From positions 9,118 through 73,117 of the forward strand of contig JAJEAL010000013.1 in assembly GCA_022822785.1 (NCBI GenBank): a stretch of DNA of 64,000 bases, in the 5' to 3' direction. Below, piece by piece: positions 30,807-41,262 of this stretch. The stretch comes from Candidatus Poribacteria bacterium. Its GTDB lineage: Bacteria; Poribacteria; WGA-4E; PCPOR2b. Position numbers and translations under genes: made by a program. The notes beneath the pieces are model-generated. The model was not told the DNA's origin. It saw only the letters and a program-made list of their open reading frames with translations, and made no database searches. Numbering within the stretch: the first letter of the stretch is position 1; each line of letters begins with the position of its first letter.

Positions 30807-31574
30807 TCAGACGGTAACGTTGCATGTATCAAAAGCGGTTTGCATCGCAGCGAGTGGATCGCCTTTCGGAACAAATTCGTGTCCGACGTATAGATCGTAG
30901 TCCGTTTCAGCGATAGCACGCATAACAGGTGGATAGTAGATTTCCTGTTCATCGTCGAGGTCCTTACGCCCCGGATTCCCCGCCGTGTGGAAGTGCCCGA
31001 TGTAATCAATGTTATCCTGAATGGTCCGGACAAGGTCACCTTCCATAATCTGCATGTGATAAATATCGTAGAGGAGCTGGACACGAGGGGAGTTGACACC
31101 TTTGCACACCTCTACGCCCCAAGGAGTGCGGTCACATTGATAGTCGGGGTGATTTACCTTGCTATTAAGCAGCTCAATGCACAGATTGACCCCTTTATCT
31201 TCGGCTGCTTTGGCAACACGCAAGAGCCCCTCAATGGTATTATCCCGTCCTTCCTTGTCCGATTTCCCTTCTCGATTGCCTGAAAAGCAGATAAGCCCGG
31301 GTATATCATTGTCGGCAGCTACTTCGAGATTCTCCAGGATTTCCCCCTCAATGCGATCATGGTTCTCACGTTTGTTGAGACCATCAGGCAGGGACTGATG
31401 CCCAACAATAATTGCGACCCGCATCCCATTATCGCGCACAAGAGACCAATATTCTGGCGGTGCCATTTCGACCGATGTATAACCGATTCTCGCCGCCTCT
31501 CGAATGACCTGTTCGGGAGAGACATTGTCACGAGTGAAGCAACCGTAGCAGATTGACTGATTAATTGAACCCAT
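30807..31574 (-). CDS. Hydroxypyruvate isomerase (Hyi)-family TIM barrel protein
   Basis: CFSGNR, ELLNSKVNHPDY, LLYDIYHMQIMEGD, HFHTAGNPGR, GHEF. Confidence 0.9.
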   Translation of the reverse strand: MGSINQSICYGCFTRDNVSPEQVIREAARIGYTSVEMAPPEYWSLVRDNGMRVAIIVGHQSLPDGLNKRENHDRIEGEILENLEVAADNDIPGLICFSGNREGKSDKEGRDNTIEGLLRVAKAAEDKGVNLCIELLNSKVNHPDYQCDRTPWGVEVCKGVNSPRVQLLYDIYHMQIMEGDLVRTIQDNIDYIGHFHTAGNPGRKDLDDEQEIYYPPVMRAIAETDYDLYVGHEFVPKGDPLAAMQTAFDTCNVTV

Positions 31575-31664
31575 TCCTTTTTCCTTTCGTGTTCCCGACT
31601 AACCAAAGCCGAGAAAGGATCTGACAAGGCGCTTGAAAACAGATGTTCGCCCACAGGCACCGTT

Positions 31665-32621
31665 CTACAGATCTACTGCCTTACCCGTTTCAAACGATGT
31701 ACTCGCTGCCATCATAATCCGGAGTGTCTTCAACGCATCACTATAGGGTGAAAGGATATTCGACGAATCACCAGTTTTGACGGCATCAATAAACACTCGG
31801 TCTCGGTCTTGACCTCCATTTTCGGGCAGTGAGTCCTCTACACCTTTCCGATTAATGGTGTTAGCCCCACCAACAGTTACCACCAAGCCGCGACAGAAGA
31901 CCTCAAGTTGTACCCGATTCCAACCCTCCATCGCACAGCATGAAACGATATTGGCAACGGCACCGCTCTCAAACTCAATATTGACCATGCTGAGGTCATC
32001 GACATCGTATTGAGGAACATCTGTCATGCTTCCACGGGTGGCAACACCATGTACCGTTTTTGCGTCGCCGAGTAGAAAGCGTGCCAAATCGAAGATATGG
32101 GTTGTTTGTTCAACATGCTGCCCGCCGGACTGGGCACGAATTCTCCACCAGAGTGTGCCGGGTAGTCCGCCCATCCAGTAGCCTAATGCACCGAGAACTG
32201 GCGATTCCTTGTCAAGTATAGATTTAGCATATTGCGCATTGCCGCCATAACGCCAATGATATCCAACACTGGTAATAACACCGCTCCGTCGGATATCCTC
32301 ATTGATGATTACCGCCTGCTCTAGGTCGGCAGTAATTGGTTTCTCAATGAACATCGGAATGCCGTTTTCACACGCAATCCGCTCCTGTTCACCATGTGCA
32401 AACGGCGGAGTACAGATATAAACTGCGTCAAGGGATTCCTTGTCGTACATCTCGCGGAAGTCGGTGTACGGGTTACCGCCAAACTCCGCTGCACGCTCTT
32501 TTGCGCGTTCTTCCGAAACATCGCACATCGCGGTAAATTCAATATCATCAAACGTTTGCAGGTTCCTCATATGAGCGCCTGCCATGCCGCCTGTTCCAAT
32601 AAAACCGAGTTTTACTGTCAT
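31665..32621 (-). CDS. Gfo/Idh/MocA oxidoreductase
   Basis: GFIGTGG Rossmann motif, CTPPFAH, IEKP, EQTTHIFD. Confidence 0.92.
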   Translation of the reverse strand: MTVKLGFIGTGGMAGAHMRNLQTFDDIEFTAMCDVSEERAKERAAEFGGNPYTDFREMYDKESLDAVYICTPPFAHGEQERIACENGIPMFIEKPITADLEQAVIINEDIRRSGVITSVGYHWRYGGNAQYAKSILDKESPVLGALGYWMGGLPGTLWWRIRAQSGGQHVEQTTHIFDLARFLLGDAKTVHGVATRGSMTDVPQYDVDDLSMVNIEFESGAVANIVSCCAMEGWNRVQLEVFCRGLVVTVGGANTINRKGVEDSLPENGGQDRDRVFIDAVKTGDSSNILSPYSDALKTLRIMMAASTSFETGKAVDL

Positions 32622-32811
32622 GTCTTCTCCTCAGATAAAGGAATTTACGCCAGACAGATTCTACGCACATATAATACGAAAATCTGTCTTTCATTTTTAA
32701 CAGTTTATCAAAAAATGTTTGTTGGATCAATCACAAACTTCCTACAGTGTTTTGAATGAGGTTTTTTTAGCGTTATGCTAGATTGGAAAAACGAATCTAA
32801 ATATTTAAACA

Positions 32812-32843
32812 AAAACGGGCAACCGCAGTAGGTTGCCCGTTTT
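32812..32843 (-). terminator. Intrinsic terminator of the nuo operon (potentially bidirectional)
   Basis: Perfect 13-bp stem AAAACGGGCAACC/GGTTGCCCGTTTT with T-tracts on both strands. Confidence 0.85.
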
Positions 32844-32910
32844 ATTCGACTAGAAAGCAGGAAAAGCTGTAGTGGCGAAATTGGTTGAAAAAGCAGAAAA
32901 TCAGTTCTTT

Positions 32911-34368
32911 CTAACCCATCAGTTTTCCGAGAGAAGCTCTAGATAGTTCATATAAGGGATTCCAATAGATTCCGAGCAGAAGCGTTGGAACCACAAAAAC
33001 AAGGAGCAGGACAAGACTGCCGGTGGAAAAAGAGAGAGATTCGGTATCATCAGCAGTTTCAAGGAACATCGCTTTGACGATTCGCACATAATAGTAAAGC
33101 GCGACAACACTGTTGAGCAAGCCGATGATCGCTAACCAATAGAGTTGTTCTTTGATGACAGCAGCAAAAAGAATCCATTTCCCCGCAAACCCGGCAAGGG
33201 GCGGCAGCCCGGTCAAAGAGAAGAGGAAGATTGCCATTGACACCGCGATGAGCGGGGCACGCGAAACTAGTCCGCGGTAACCGTCAATCGTTTCACTGCC
33301 AACCTCATTCGCAATAAGGATAACGACAAAGAACGCCCCCAAATTCATAAATAGATAAATGATTAGGTAAATCAGGATCGCTTGAAGCCCTTCACTTGTC
33401 AGTAAAACGCCACCCATGAGCAGGAAACCACCGTGCGAAATACTTGAGTAAGCAAGGAGGCGTTTGACATTTTGTTGCGGAAGTGCGGCAAGGTTGCCGA
33501 CGGTCATGGTTAAAGCGGAGACAACCGCGAGCATCAATGACCAGTCAACCGAAGCATCTGCGGATTGCAAGCCAGAATAGAAGAGACGAATGAACAGAGC
33601 AAAACCGGCGGCTTTGGATGCGACAGATAGAAATGCTGTGATTGGGATCGGGGCACCTTCGTAGACGTCGGGAGACCACATGTGGAAGGGCACGGAAGCG
33701 ATTTTGTAGCCGACACCGGCAAGGATAAAGGTGATTGAGAGCAGAACAGCCAACGGATAAACGTTACCTTGACTGAACATCTCTCCGAGTCGGCTGCTAA
33801 TTAGCATAATATCCCCTGTACCAGTCATACCAAAGAGGAGAGAGATACCAAAAAGCATGGTTCCCGACGATACCGCCCCAAAAGTAATATACTTGAATGC
33901 GGCTTCGCTTGAGCGTGGGCTATGGGTCAAGAAACCGGCGAGGATGTAGGAGGTAAGACTGACCGTTTCGAGCGACAGGTAAATCATCAGGAGATGGGTT
34001 GACGATGCCATCAGATACATGCCCAGCGTGACCGCAAGCAGCAGCGCATAGTATTCGCCCTTCGTTGCTGGATCAAGTTCGACAGAACGGATGGAAAATA
34101 GAACTGTTGCAGCAGTAGCGACTGAGATAATAACTTTGAAGAACAGGGCAAAACTATCAAGTCGAACCATGCCGAGGAAAAGGGATCGGTCTTCGGATCC
34201 GATTACAATTGCCGCGATGACAGCTACCACAAGTCCGATCAGCGCTAGATAGGCGGCCCCCTCGCCGCCTCGTTTTTTAGACGCCAAGTCAAATAAGATA
34301 ACGACTACCGCAAAGACAACTAAAACGATTTCTGGTATAAAGTAAGGAATACTTGCAATATTTGGCAA
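32911..34368 (-). CDS. nuoN: Complex I subunit N
   Basis: SSEAAFKY, KIASVPFHMWSPDVYEGAP, KRLLAYSSISH, GLPPLAGF. Confidence 0.95.
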   Translation of the reverse strand: MPNIASIPYFIPEIVLVVFAVVVILFDLASKKRGGEGAAYLALIGLVVAVIAAIVIGSEDRSLFLGMVRLDSFALFFKVIISVATAATVLFSIRSVELDPATKGEYYALLLAVTLGMYLMASSTHLLMIYLSLETVSLTSYILAGFLTHSPRSSEAAFKYITFGAVSSGTMLFGISLLFGMTGTGDIMLISSRLGEMFSQGNVYPLAVLLSITFILAGVGYKIASVPFHMWSPDVYEGAPIPITAFLSVASKAAGFALFIRLFYSGLQSADASVDWSLMLAVVSALTMTVGNLAALPQQNVKRLLAYSSISHGGFLLMGGVLLTSEGLQAILIYLIIYLFMNLGAFFVVILIANEVGSETIDGYRGLVSRAPLIAVSMAIFLFSLTGLPPLAGFAGKWILFAAVIKEQLYWLAIIGLLNSVVALYYYVRIVKAMFLETADDTESLSFSTGSLVLLLVFVVPTLLLGIYWNPLYELSRASLGKLMG

Positions 34369-34380
34369 CGGAATCTCCTC

Positions 34381-35883
34381 TTATTGTACAAGCGGCAGTA
34401 TGCTCACAGCTTCTCTAAACATATCAATGGCGATTGAGGGCCAAATGCCAAGCACAATCGTAAGGATACCCAAGGGCACCAACGTTGCAATTTCACGCCC
34501 ATTGATTTCGGCGATATCTTCATACTTCGGGTTCAACTCTCCCAGAAAAACACGCTGTAACGTCCAGAGGAAATACGCGGCACCGACCACGATACCAGCG
34601 GTTGAGAGGATTGTTAGCATCTTGAATTTACTGTATGCACCTAGCAGAGATAACGCTTCGCCGACAAAACCGCTGAGGCCCGGCAATCCCAAGGAGGCCA
34701 TAAACGCCAGCGTTGTTATGCCGGTGTATATCGGCATTTTGCTGCCGAGTCCACCGAAACCGTTGATTTCACGGTGGTGTGCTCGGTCATACACGACACC
34801 CACCAGGAGGAATAGCATTGCGCTAATCACGCCGTGGTTAAACATCTGAAGGATAGCGCCGGTAAGTCCGCTCTCATTCCGCGCTGCAAGTCCTATCAGG
34901 ACAAATCCCATGTGACCGATACTAGAGTAGGCAACGAGTTTCTTGAAATCGGTCTGTGCCAACGCACAGAGCGACCCGTAAACGATGTTAATGAAGCCGA
35001 GGATTGCCAACGAGTTGCCCCACGTACCTTCACCATTGCAGAAGAAGTCCATCCCTGCCGGCAGCATCGCAAAATTCACACGCACGAGTCCATAAGTACC
35101 CATCTTCAAAAGGATACCCGCAAGGATAACGCTGATGGCGGTTGGCGCTTCAACATGAGCATCAGGCAACCACGTGTGGAAGGGGAAAATTGGAACTTTA
35201 ACGGCAAAACCAATGAAGAAACCGAGAAACGCCCAAATCTGGAATGTTGGGTCTGCTAGTGCGTGCCCCGGGGTTTTTGCAAGTTCAATCAACGTGGGAA
35301 TATCAAAGGTGCGAGCCACATCATCCGTACCGCTTTTGAGATAAACAGCAATCATGGCGATAAGCATCAGCACACTGCCGAAAAGTGTATACAGGAAAAA
35401 CTTAATTGCTGCATATTCACGTCTCGGACCGCCCCATATCCCGATTAGGAAGTACATCGGAAGCAGTGTGAGCTCAAAGAAAACATAGAATAAAAACATA
35501 TCTAGCGCACAGAAGAATCCGATCATGCCAGTTTCCAAGAGCAGGAAAAGCGCGAGGTACGCTTTAATCCCTTTCTCAATCTTCCACGATGCGAGGACGC
35601 ATATTGGACCTAACAGTGCGGTTAAAAGCACCAGCGTAACGCTCAGTCCATCAATCCCAACGTGGTAGCGGATATTGAACGCTTCAATCCACATCATGTT
35701 CTCTTCAAACTGATGACCCGACGCAGATCGATCATAGGTGATAAAAAGAAAAACTGCAATCAGCAGCGGGATTAGCGTGACGATAAACGTAACACGCTTA
35801 GCGAGTTCCTCCTGTTCTCGCCGAATAGCAAACAAAACCACAAGCATCCCTAGCAGGGGGATAAAAATCATCAACGATAACAT
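34381..35883 (-). CDS. nuoM: Complex I subunit M
   Basis: YHVGIDGLS, FFELTLLPM, FPFHTWLPDAHVEAP, KLVAYSSIGH, GLPGLSGF. Confidence 0.95.
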   Translation of the reverse strand: MLSLMIFIPLLGMLVVLFAIRREQEELAKRVTFIVTLIPLLIAVFLFITYDRSASGHQFEENMMWIEAFNIRYHVGIDGLSVTLVLLTALLGPICVLASWKIEKGIKAYLALFLLLETGMIGFFCALDMFLFYVFFELTLLPMYFLIGIWGGPRREYAAIKFFLYTLFGSVLMLIAMIAVYLKSGTDDVARTFDIPTLIELAKTPGHALADPTFQIWAFLGFFIGFAVKVPIFPFHTWLPDAHVEAPTAISVILAGILLKMGTYGLVRVNFAMLPAGMDFFCNGEGTWGNSLAILGFINIVYGSLCALAQTDFKKLVAYSSIGHMGFVLIGLAARNESGLTGAILQMFNHGVISAMLFLLVGVVYDRAHHREINGFGGLGSKMPIYTGITTLAFMASLGLPGLSGFVGEALSLLGAYSKFKMLTILSTAGIVVGAAYFLWTLQRVFLGELNPKYEDIAEINGREIATLVPLGILTIVLGIWPSIAIDMFREAVSILPLVQ

Positions 35884-36051
35884 CCAGTGAAATCCTCCTA
35901 AAAAGTTGGTTCAAGGTTTATTTAGTCAACGCCTCTATTCCTAAACTGATCAATGCGTTAGTTCGACCGGTCACCCTTAACTCTAACTCACATTCTTCAC
36001 TTCTTTTCCCACAGAAACTCAAAGACCGTTCATTATCCCCTCTCAGGCGAT

Positions 36052-38268
36052 CTAGAACAAGGCACGGAAAATTAGAATTAGTAGCACGACACCACCCACA
36101 ACGGCTAGCAAGTAATTTTGAATCATCCCCGTCTGAACTCGCCTAATCCGGCCACCGACTGCCCATGTAATTTTGGCAACCCAATTGACCAGCCCATCGA
36201 CAAAGGTGTTATCGAACCACCCTGCGATTCGGGAGCACCCAGCCTGCACAACGACACCGACCCCGTTGACGATTCCATCAATGAAACGCAAATCAAAGAG
36301 TCCAAGCACTTTTGAGCCTGCGACAGTAAGGGCGACAAGCACACCGTCGTACAATTCATCAAAATAGTATTTGTTCCAAAGCAGCGTATAAATCGGTCGC
36401 AGGCGTGCTGCAACAGCGTCGGCAGAAAACCTTTTCCAGTAATAGAAAAGCGCGGATAACCCGATACCGATAATGACGATAACAAACGATAGCGGCACTA
36501 CAATGTTATGCGCTTTATCGTGGTCCGAATCGTGGTGCGCTGCGGCATCGTCATGGTGTACATCTTCGGCGGCAGCCTGTGCATCCGAAATCCCTAGTTG
36601 TGCCTGCAGGGCCCCCTGACCCGACTCGTACATTGCATGTTTTGGCAAATGGATGTGGGGCTGTTCTGGTTGCTTCACATATTTTTCAAACGACCATTTG
36701 TTGACTATTGGAAAACTGAGCACCGCTAGAATAATCAGCGGAATTGCCATCTTTAAGGGCGATTCGTGTGCACCATCGTACATTTCTTGATTACGGGGTT
36801 CGCCCATAAAGGTCATAAAGATGAGACGGAACATATAAAACGCGGTGATAACCGCTGCGAGTGCCGCCATGCCAAACAGAATGTAGTGATGCACGGAACC
36901 CCAAGATATTGCCCTGTATAGTACTTCAACGAGGATGGCATCTTTGCTCCAAAATCCTGAAAAGATATAGGGCACACCAGCGATTGATAGCGTTGCAATC
37001 AGCATCGTCACAAAGGTAATAGGCATCTTATGTCTGAGCCCTCCCATGTGGCGCATATCCTGTGCGGGATCAATGCCGAAGCTATCGAATGCGGCGGCAT
37101 GTGTGTCAGTATCTTCGCGATCGGCATCGTGGGCGTGATCATGGTCGTGGTCATGAGCGTGATGAGCGGCATGGAAAGCGTGGATCACGCTACCGGATCC
37201 GAGGAACAGTAGGGCTTTAAAAAATGCGTGTGTCGTGAGGTGAAAAAGCCCTGCGATGTAGCTTCCTGCTCCAATCGCCAACATCATAAAGCCAAGTTGG
37301 CTGATGGTCGAATAGGCGAGTACCCGTTTAATATCAAATCGCACAATGGCGATCGTTGCTGCGACAAGTGCCGTGATACCTCCAACATACGCAATGACCA
37401 AAGATGAATCTGCGGTAAGGATTGGAAACATCCGTGCGGTAAGGTAAACCCCTGCAGCAACCATCGTCGCGGCGTGAATCAAGGCGCTGACAGGTGTGGG
37501 ACCTTCCATCGCATCAGGTAGCCATGTATGCAAGGGGATTTGTGCGGATTTACCGACGGCACCGCAGAAAATCAGCACACCGGCGACCGACAACCATGTC
37601 ATGTCCCCGGCAGTTAAATTACTAGCAAGCGCAAAAATACCCTCATCGCCGTATAGCGATAGGGTGCGGAATTTAGTAAAAAGCATCATCATGCCGATAA
37701 ACATTCCGACATCCCCGACGCGGGTGGTCATGAACGCTTTTTTACACGCGTTCGCCGGCGCATCTTCTTCAAACCAGAACCCAATCAGCAGATACGAGCA
37801 CACCCCGACAAGCTCCCAACCGATATAGATACCGAGTAGATTATCGGACACGACTAAAAAAAGCATGGAAAAGGAGAACAAAGACAGGAAGGCAAAGAAA
37901 CGAGGGTAGCGTGGATCACCGTGCATGTACCCGATTGAAAAAATATGCACAAGGCTACTGACAATCGTGACGACAAGAAGCATGACGGCGGTCACACTGT
38001 CAAAGAGGAAACCCATTGAGAAATTGACCGATCCTAGTGGCAGCCACGTGAGCGAGTGTATCTCTGCACCATCGTGCGAAAGTTTATCCGGTTCGGCGAC
38101 AACGTTTGTAAATAGCAGGACAGCACACACAAACGCTATGAGCATCGCTACAGTCGAAACGAGGTCCTGGCGGGAATAATTACGTCCCGTCAACGAGAGA
38201 AGTGCGAAAAACGCAAACGCGGCAAGGGGAGCGAGCAAAATGATACTGATGAGAGGAACGATGGGCAT
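36052..38268 (-). CDS. nuoL: Complex I subunit L with His-rich insertions
   Basis: YMHGDPRYPRFF, GKSAQIPLHTWLPDAMEGPTPVSALIHAATMV, HAFFKALLFLGSG; ATG 38268 after a GGAG RBS. Confidence 0.95.
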   Translation of the reverse strand: MPIVPLISIILLAPLAAFAFFALLSLTGRNYSRQDLVSTVAMLIAFVCAVLLFTNVVAEPDKLSHDGAEIHSLTWLPLGSVNFSMGFLFDSVTAVMLLVVTIVSSLVHIFSIGYMHGDPRYPRFFAFLSLFSFSMLFLVVSDNLLGIYIGWELVGVCSYLLIGFWFEEDAPANACKKAFMTTRVGDVGMFIGMMMLFTKFRTLSLYGDEGIFALASNLTAGDMTWLSVAGVLIFCGAVGKSAQIPLHTWLPDAMEGPTPVSALIHAATMVAAGVYLTARMFPILTADSSLVIAYVGGITALVAATIAIVRFDIKRVLAYSTISQLGFMMLAIGAGSYIAGLFHLTTHAFFKALLFLGSGSVIHAFHAAHHAHDHDHDHAHDADREDTDTHAAAFDSFGIDPAQDMRHMGGLRHKMPITFVTMLIATLSIAGVPYIFSGFWSKDAILVEVLYRAISWGSVHHYILFGMAALAAVITAFYMFRLIFMTFMGEPRNQEMYDGAHESPLKMAIPLIILAVLSFPIVNKWSFEKYVKQPEQPHIHLPKHAMYESGQGALQAQLGISDAQAAAEDVHHDDAAAHHDSDHDKAHNIVVPLSFVIVIIGIGLSALFYYWKRFSADAVAARLRPIYTLLWNKYYFDELYDGVLVALTVAGSKVLGLFDLRFIDGIVNGVGVVVQAGCSRIAGWFDNTFVDGLVNWVAKITWAVGGRIRRVQTGMIQNYLLAVVGGVVLLILIFRALF

Positions 38269-38345
38269 ATGAGGGTCTCCTAAAACAGTCATTCAAGAGT
38301 TCAGGCGGAGAGATAAATTCCTTCTACAATATAGTCAGATCTTTT

Positions 38346-38654
38346 TTATCCCTTCAAAGTATCGGTCTCGTCAGGGCTGATGGTACTGAACTCTCTATAA
38401 ATTGCCAGAATAATAGCTAAAAAGACAGCGGCTTCGGCGGCAGCGAGGACAATTCCAAAAAGTGCGATAATTTGGCCACTAATATCGTCAGGGGGTGTTA
38501 CGAACCGAGAAAAAGCAGCGAAGTTGAGGTTACAGGAATTGAGAATCAATTCGATTCCCATCAGGATGCTGATAGCATTCCGGCGTGTCAACACACAGAA
38601 AATTCCGAGACAGAAAAGTATAATACTGATAACAAGATAACTTTGTAGACTCAC
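38346..38654 (-). CDS. nuoK: Complex I subunit K
   Basis: RRN...LMGIELILN, AAAEAAVFLAI. Confidence 0.93.
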   Translation of the reverse strand: MSLQSYLVISIILFCLGIFCVLTRRNAISILMGIELILNSCNLNFAAFSRFVTPPDDISGQIIALFGIVLAAAEAAVFLAIILAIYREFSTISPDETDTLKG

Positions 38655-39181
38655 TCGTCCCTGACCTCCTTACGGGAAATAAGTGCCGCGCCAATCAGGG
38701 CAACCAATAGCAGAATTGACGCGATTTCAAATGGGAGCAAGAACTCCTCTTTCATAATCATCTCGCCAATTTTGTGCGTTGTGGGTTCCTGCGATGCTCC
38801 TACGTCCACGTTGTCCCATTGTGGTGTGTTCGTAATGACACTCAAAAGCAAGCCAAAAATAATTAGCGATACAACACCGCCCCAGAAAAGTTGTCCACGT
38901 TCAAGTTTTAGCTTTAGGTCCAAGCTGCCACTTGTCATCATAACTCCAAATAGGATTAGCACTAGGATACCACCGACATAGACTATCACTTGGGTGGCAG
39001 CAAGGAAATCGGCTTGCAAGAAAACATAAAGCCCTGCAACGCTAAACAGCGTAACCATGAGGGCAAAGGCAGCGTAGACGATATTTCTTATCGTTACGAC
39101 AACAACCGCCGATCCGATCGTCAGCAGAGCAAAAAGGTAGAAAACCAATTGTTGAGGATTCAGTTCCATAAGTTGACTCAA
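38651..39181 (-). CDS. nuoJ: Complex I subunit J (start 39181 or 39169)
   Basis: ADFLAATQVIVYVGGILVLILF, LPFEIASILLLVALIGA. Confidence 0.93.
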   Translation of the reverse strand: MSQLMELNPQQLVFYLFALLTIGSAVVVVTIRNIVYAAFALMVTLFSVAGLYVFLQADFLAATQVIVYVGGILVLILFGVMMTSGSLDLKLKLERGQLFWGGVVSLIIFGLLLSVITNTPQWDNVDVGASQEPTTHKIGEMIMKEEFLLPFEIASILLLVALIGAALISRKEVRDE

Positions 39182-39214
39182 TTACTCAATTTCGGGTGTG
39201 AGATTTTATTCAGA

Positions 39215-39886
39215 TTAGTCTGCGGCTTCAGCCTCAGTGGATTCATCAGCCGGCTGGTCATACATTTCTGGTTCTGCAAATTCGTAAATCAGATCTGTCC
39301 GATCGAAGGTTGAGTATTCAATCCCGTCACTAAGATTATCGAACATAATCAGACACTCTGTCGGACAAACTTCGGTACAAAGTCCGCAGTACATACAGAG
39401 CGACATATCGATATCAAACTGATCGAGATAGAAAATCACCGGTTTTCGTTCGACGATGCTAGCGATTTCATCGCTTGAAACCGTGATAGTTCTATCGTCG
39501 CGGGTATTAATTGTAACAGTCGTATTAGGTGCTGGCTTTTCATCTCCTTCAATATTGCCGACGATTTCCGTTCTATCTTTGAGATGAACCACGTTCATAC
39601 TATCCCAGAGCCGCTCGCCTCTGGGCAGTTTTTGGGTGACAATAGTAATACAATCGACAGGACAGATCATCTCGCATTTCTTACAACCGATACAGTCCTC
39701 AATGCGGTTATGTAACTTCCCACGATAGCCTTTGGGAATTTCGCGCACATTTTTCTTCTGCTCAAAGGAGCGGTCATACGGATATTGGTGGGTGACCGAG
39801 GGTTGCAAGAACTGTTTGAAAGTGATACGCATACCGACGAGGGCTGTATAAACCCCGAAGTAGATATTTGACAGATAGTGGCGCAT
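39215..39886 (-). CDS. nuoI: Complex I subunit I with an internal insertion of about 55 aa
   Basis: TxQYP, CIGCKKCEMICP and CMYCGLCTEVCP ferredoxin motifs. Confidence 0.92.
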   Translation of the reverse strand: MRHYLSNIYFGVYTALVGMRITFKQFLQPSVTHQYPYDRSFEQKKNVREIPKGYRGKLHNRIEDCIGCKKCEMICPVDCITIVTQKLPRGERLWDSMNVVHLKDRTEIVGNIEGDEKPAPNTTVTINTRDDRTITVSSDEIASIVERKPVIFYLDQFDIDMSLCMYCGLCTEVCPTECLIMFDNLSDGIEYSTFDRTDLIYEFAEPEMYDQPADESTEAEAAD

Positions 39887-39930
39887 GGTTAAACCTCCTT
39901 GCGAGGTAAATTGGTGTGCTTTTGGCTTTT

Positions 39931-41214
39931 CTATGTTGTCGCAGAAATCTGCCTATCCGGCGAACTTGGCGGTGTTGTGCTCTTAGATAAACTCCTACCG
40001 AGCACGCCGAATACAAGAATCAGTCCAAGTATAATGGCAGCGATACTAATAATAATGCTTAATCGCGAATCTTGCGGGAAAATCAGTCCCCAAATTCCGA
40101 CGCCGAGAATGTTGAAAAATGAAATCGGAATAAAATACTTCCAACAGAGATTCATCAACTGATCTACCCGCAAACGTGGCAGCGTCCACCGCAGCCACAT
40201 CATGACGAACACCAAGCACAGAGTCTTGATGGCAACTCCCAAAAGTCCGCCGAGGGTAATCGCTCTCAGGACAAAGCCGAGGAGACCGGCTTCGGGTAAC
40301 ATCCCTGAAGGCACAATGCCGTGCCAACCGCCGAGAAATAGCGTTGCAGCGATTGCACTGACCGCAAACATATTGGCATATTCTGCAATGAAGAACAACG
40401 CGAACCGCATGCCACTATATTCGGTATGAAAACCAGCAACCAGCTCGGATTCAGCTTCAGGCAGGTCAAACGGGGTGCGGTTGACTTCAGCAATCGACGA
40501 TATAAAGAAGACGAAGAAAGCAATAAAGGTGAAAGGCGTTCGAAAAATTAACCAGTTAGCTATCCCATCCTGGCCGTTGACGATTTCTTGCATATTCAAG
40601 CTCTGCACCAGCATAACCACAGTCAAAATACCGAGCCCGAGTGGAATTTCATAGCTAACGATTTGGGCAGCCGATCGCATAGCCCCAAGCAGTGACCACT
40701 TGCTATTGGAAGCCCATCCCGCCATAATCACGCCCATCACGATGACGGAAGAGATAGCCATGATGTAAAAGATGCCGATATTTAAGTTACTGACCAGAAT
40801 GGACCGATCGAACGGAATCGCAGCAAATACGGCAAAGGAACAGGCAAAGATAATATATGGAGAGACCACAAATAGGAATTTATCTCCCTCGCGCGGGATA
40901 TGGTCCTCTTTGAAAATGAGCTTAACCCCATCGGCTAAGGTTTGAAGAGTGCCGTGGGGCCCCACCCTCATAGGGCCGACCCGATCTTGAATATGTGCAG
41001 AAACTTTCCGTTCTGCTAAAACAAGTCCGAGCGGGAGGAGGGGGACAACAGCCACGAAAATGACACAACACGCGAGCATAATGGCGAGTTCACCAAGCGG
41101 TGCGGGGAGATGCTCCAAGAATGGAGCGTGATTCTGGACGAACCTTTGTGCCCAATTGTCGGAGGATTGGACAAAAAATTGATGTAAGTTTTCAACTTGT
41201 AGACCGAGTAGCAT
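39931..41214 (-). CDS. nuoH: Complex I subunit H
   Basis: ERKVSAHIQDRVGP, ADGVKLIFKED, NRTPFDLPEAESELVAGFHTEYSG, LPRLRVDQLM. Confidence 0.96.
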   Translation of the reverse strand: MLLGLQVENLHQFFVQSSDNWAQRFVQNHAPFLEHLPAPLGELAIMLACCVIFVAVVPLLPLGLVLAERKVSAHIQDRVGPMRVGPHGTLQTLADGVKLIFKEDHIPREGDKFLFVVSPYIIFACSFAVFAAIPFDRSILVSNLNIGIFYIMAISSVIVMGVIMAGWASNSKWSLLGAMRSAAQIVSYEIPLGLGILTVVMLVQSLNMQEIVNGQDGIANWLIFRTPFTFIAFFVFFISSIAEVNRTPFDLPEAESELVAGFHTEYSGMRFALFFIAEYANMFAVSAIAATLFLGGWHGIVPSGMLPEAGLLGFVLRAITLGGLLGVAIKTLCLVFVMMWLRWTLPRLRVDQLMNLCWKYFIPISFFNILGVGIWGLIFPQDSRLSIIISIAAIILGLILVFGVLGRSLSKSTTPPSSPDRQISATT

Positions 41215-41262
41215 TCAAACTCCTTATCCCTGAAACGTGATGCAGGAAAATAGAAAGAGACT

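Noticed and set aside
32718-32740. Second Rex-like site (TTGTTGGATCAATCACAA)
   Set aside because: Four mismatches to the consensus
35884-36051. 168-bp nuoL-nuoM gap with an RBS and ATG AAC GGT CTT TGA
   Set aside because: Only a 4-codon ORF; no recognisable remnant or structure
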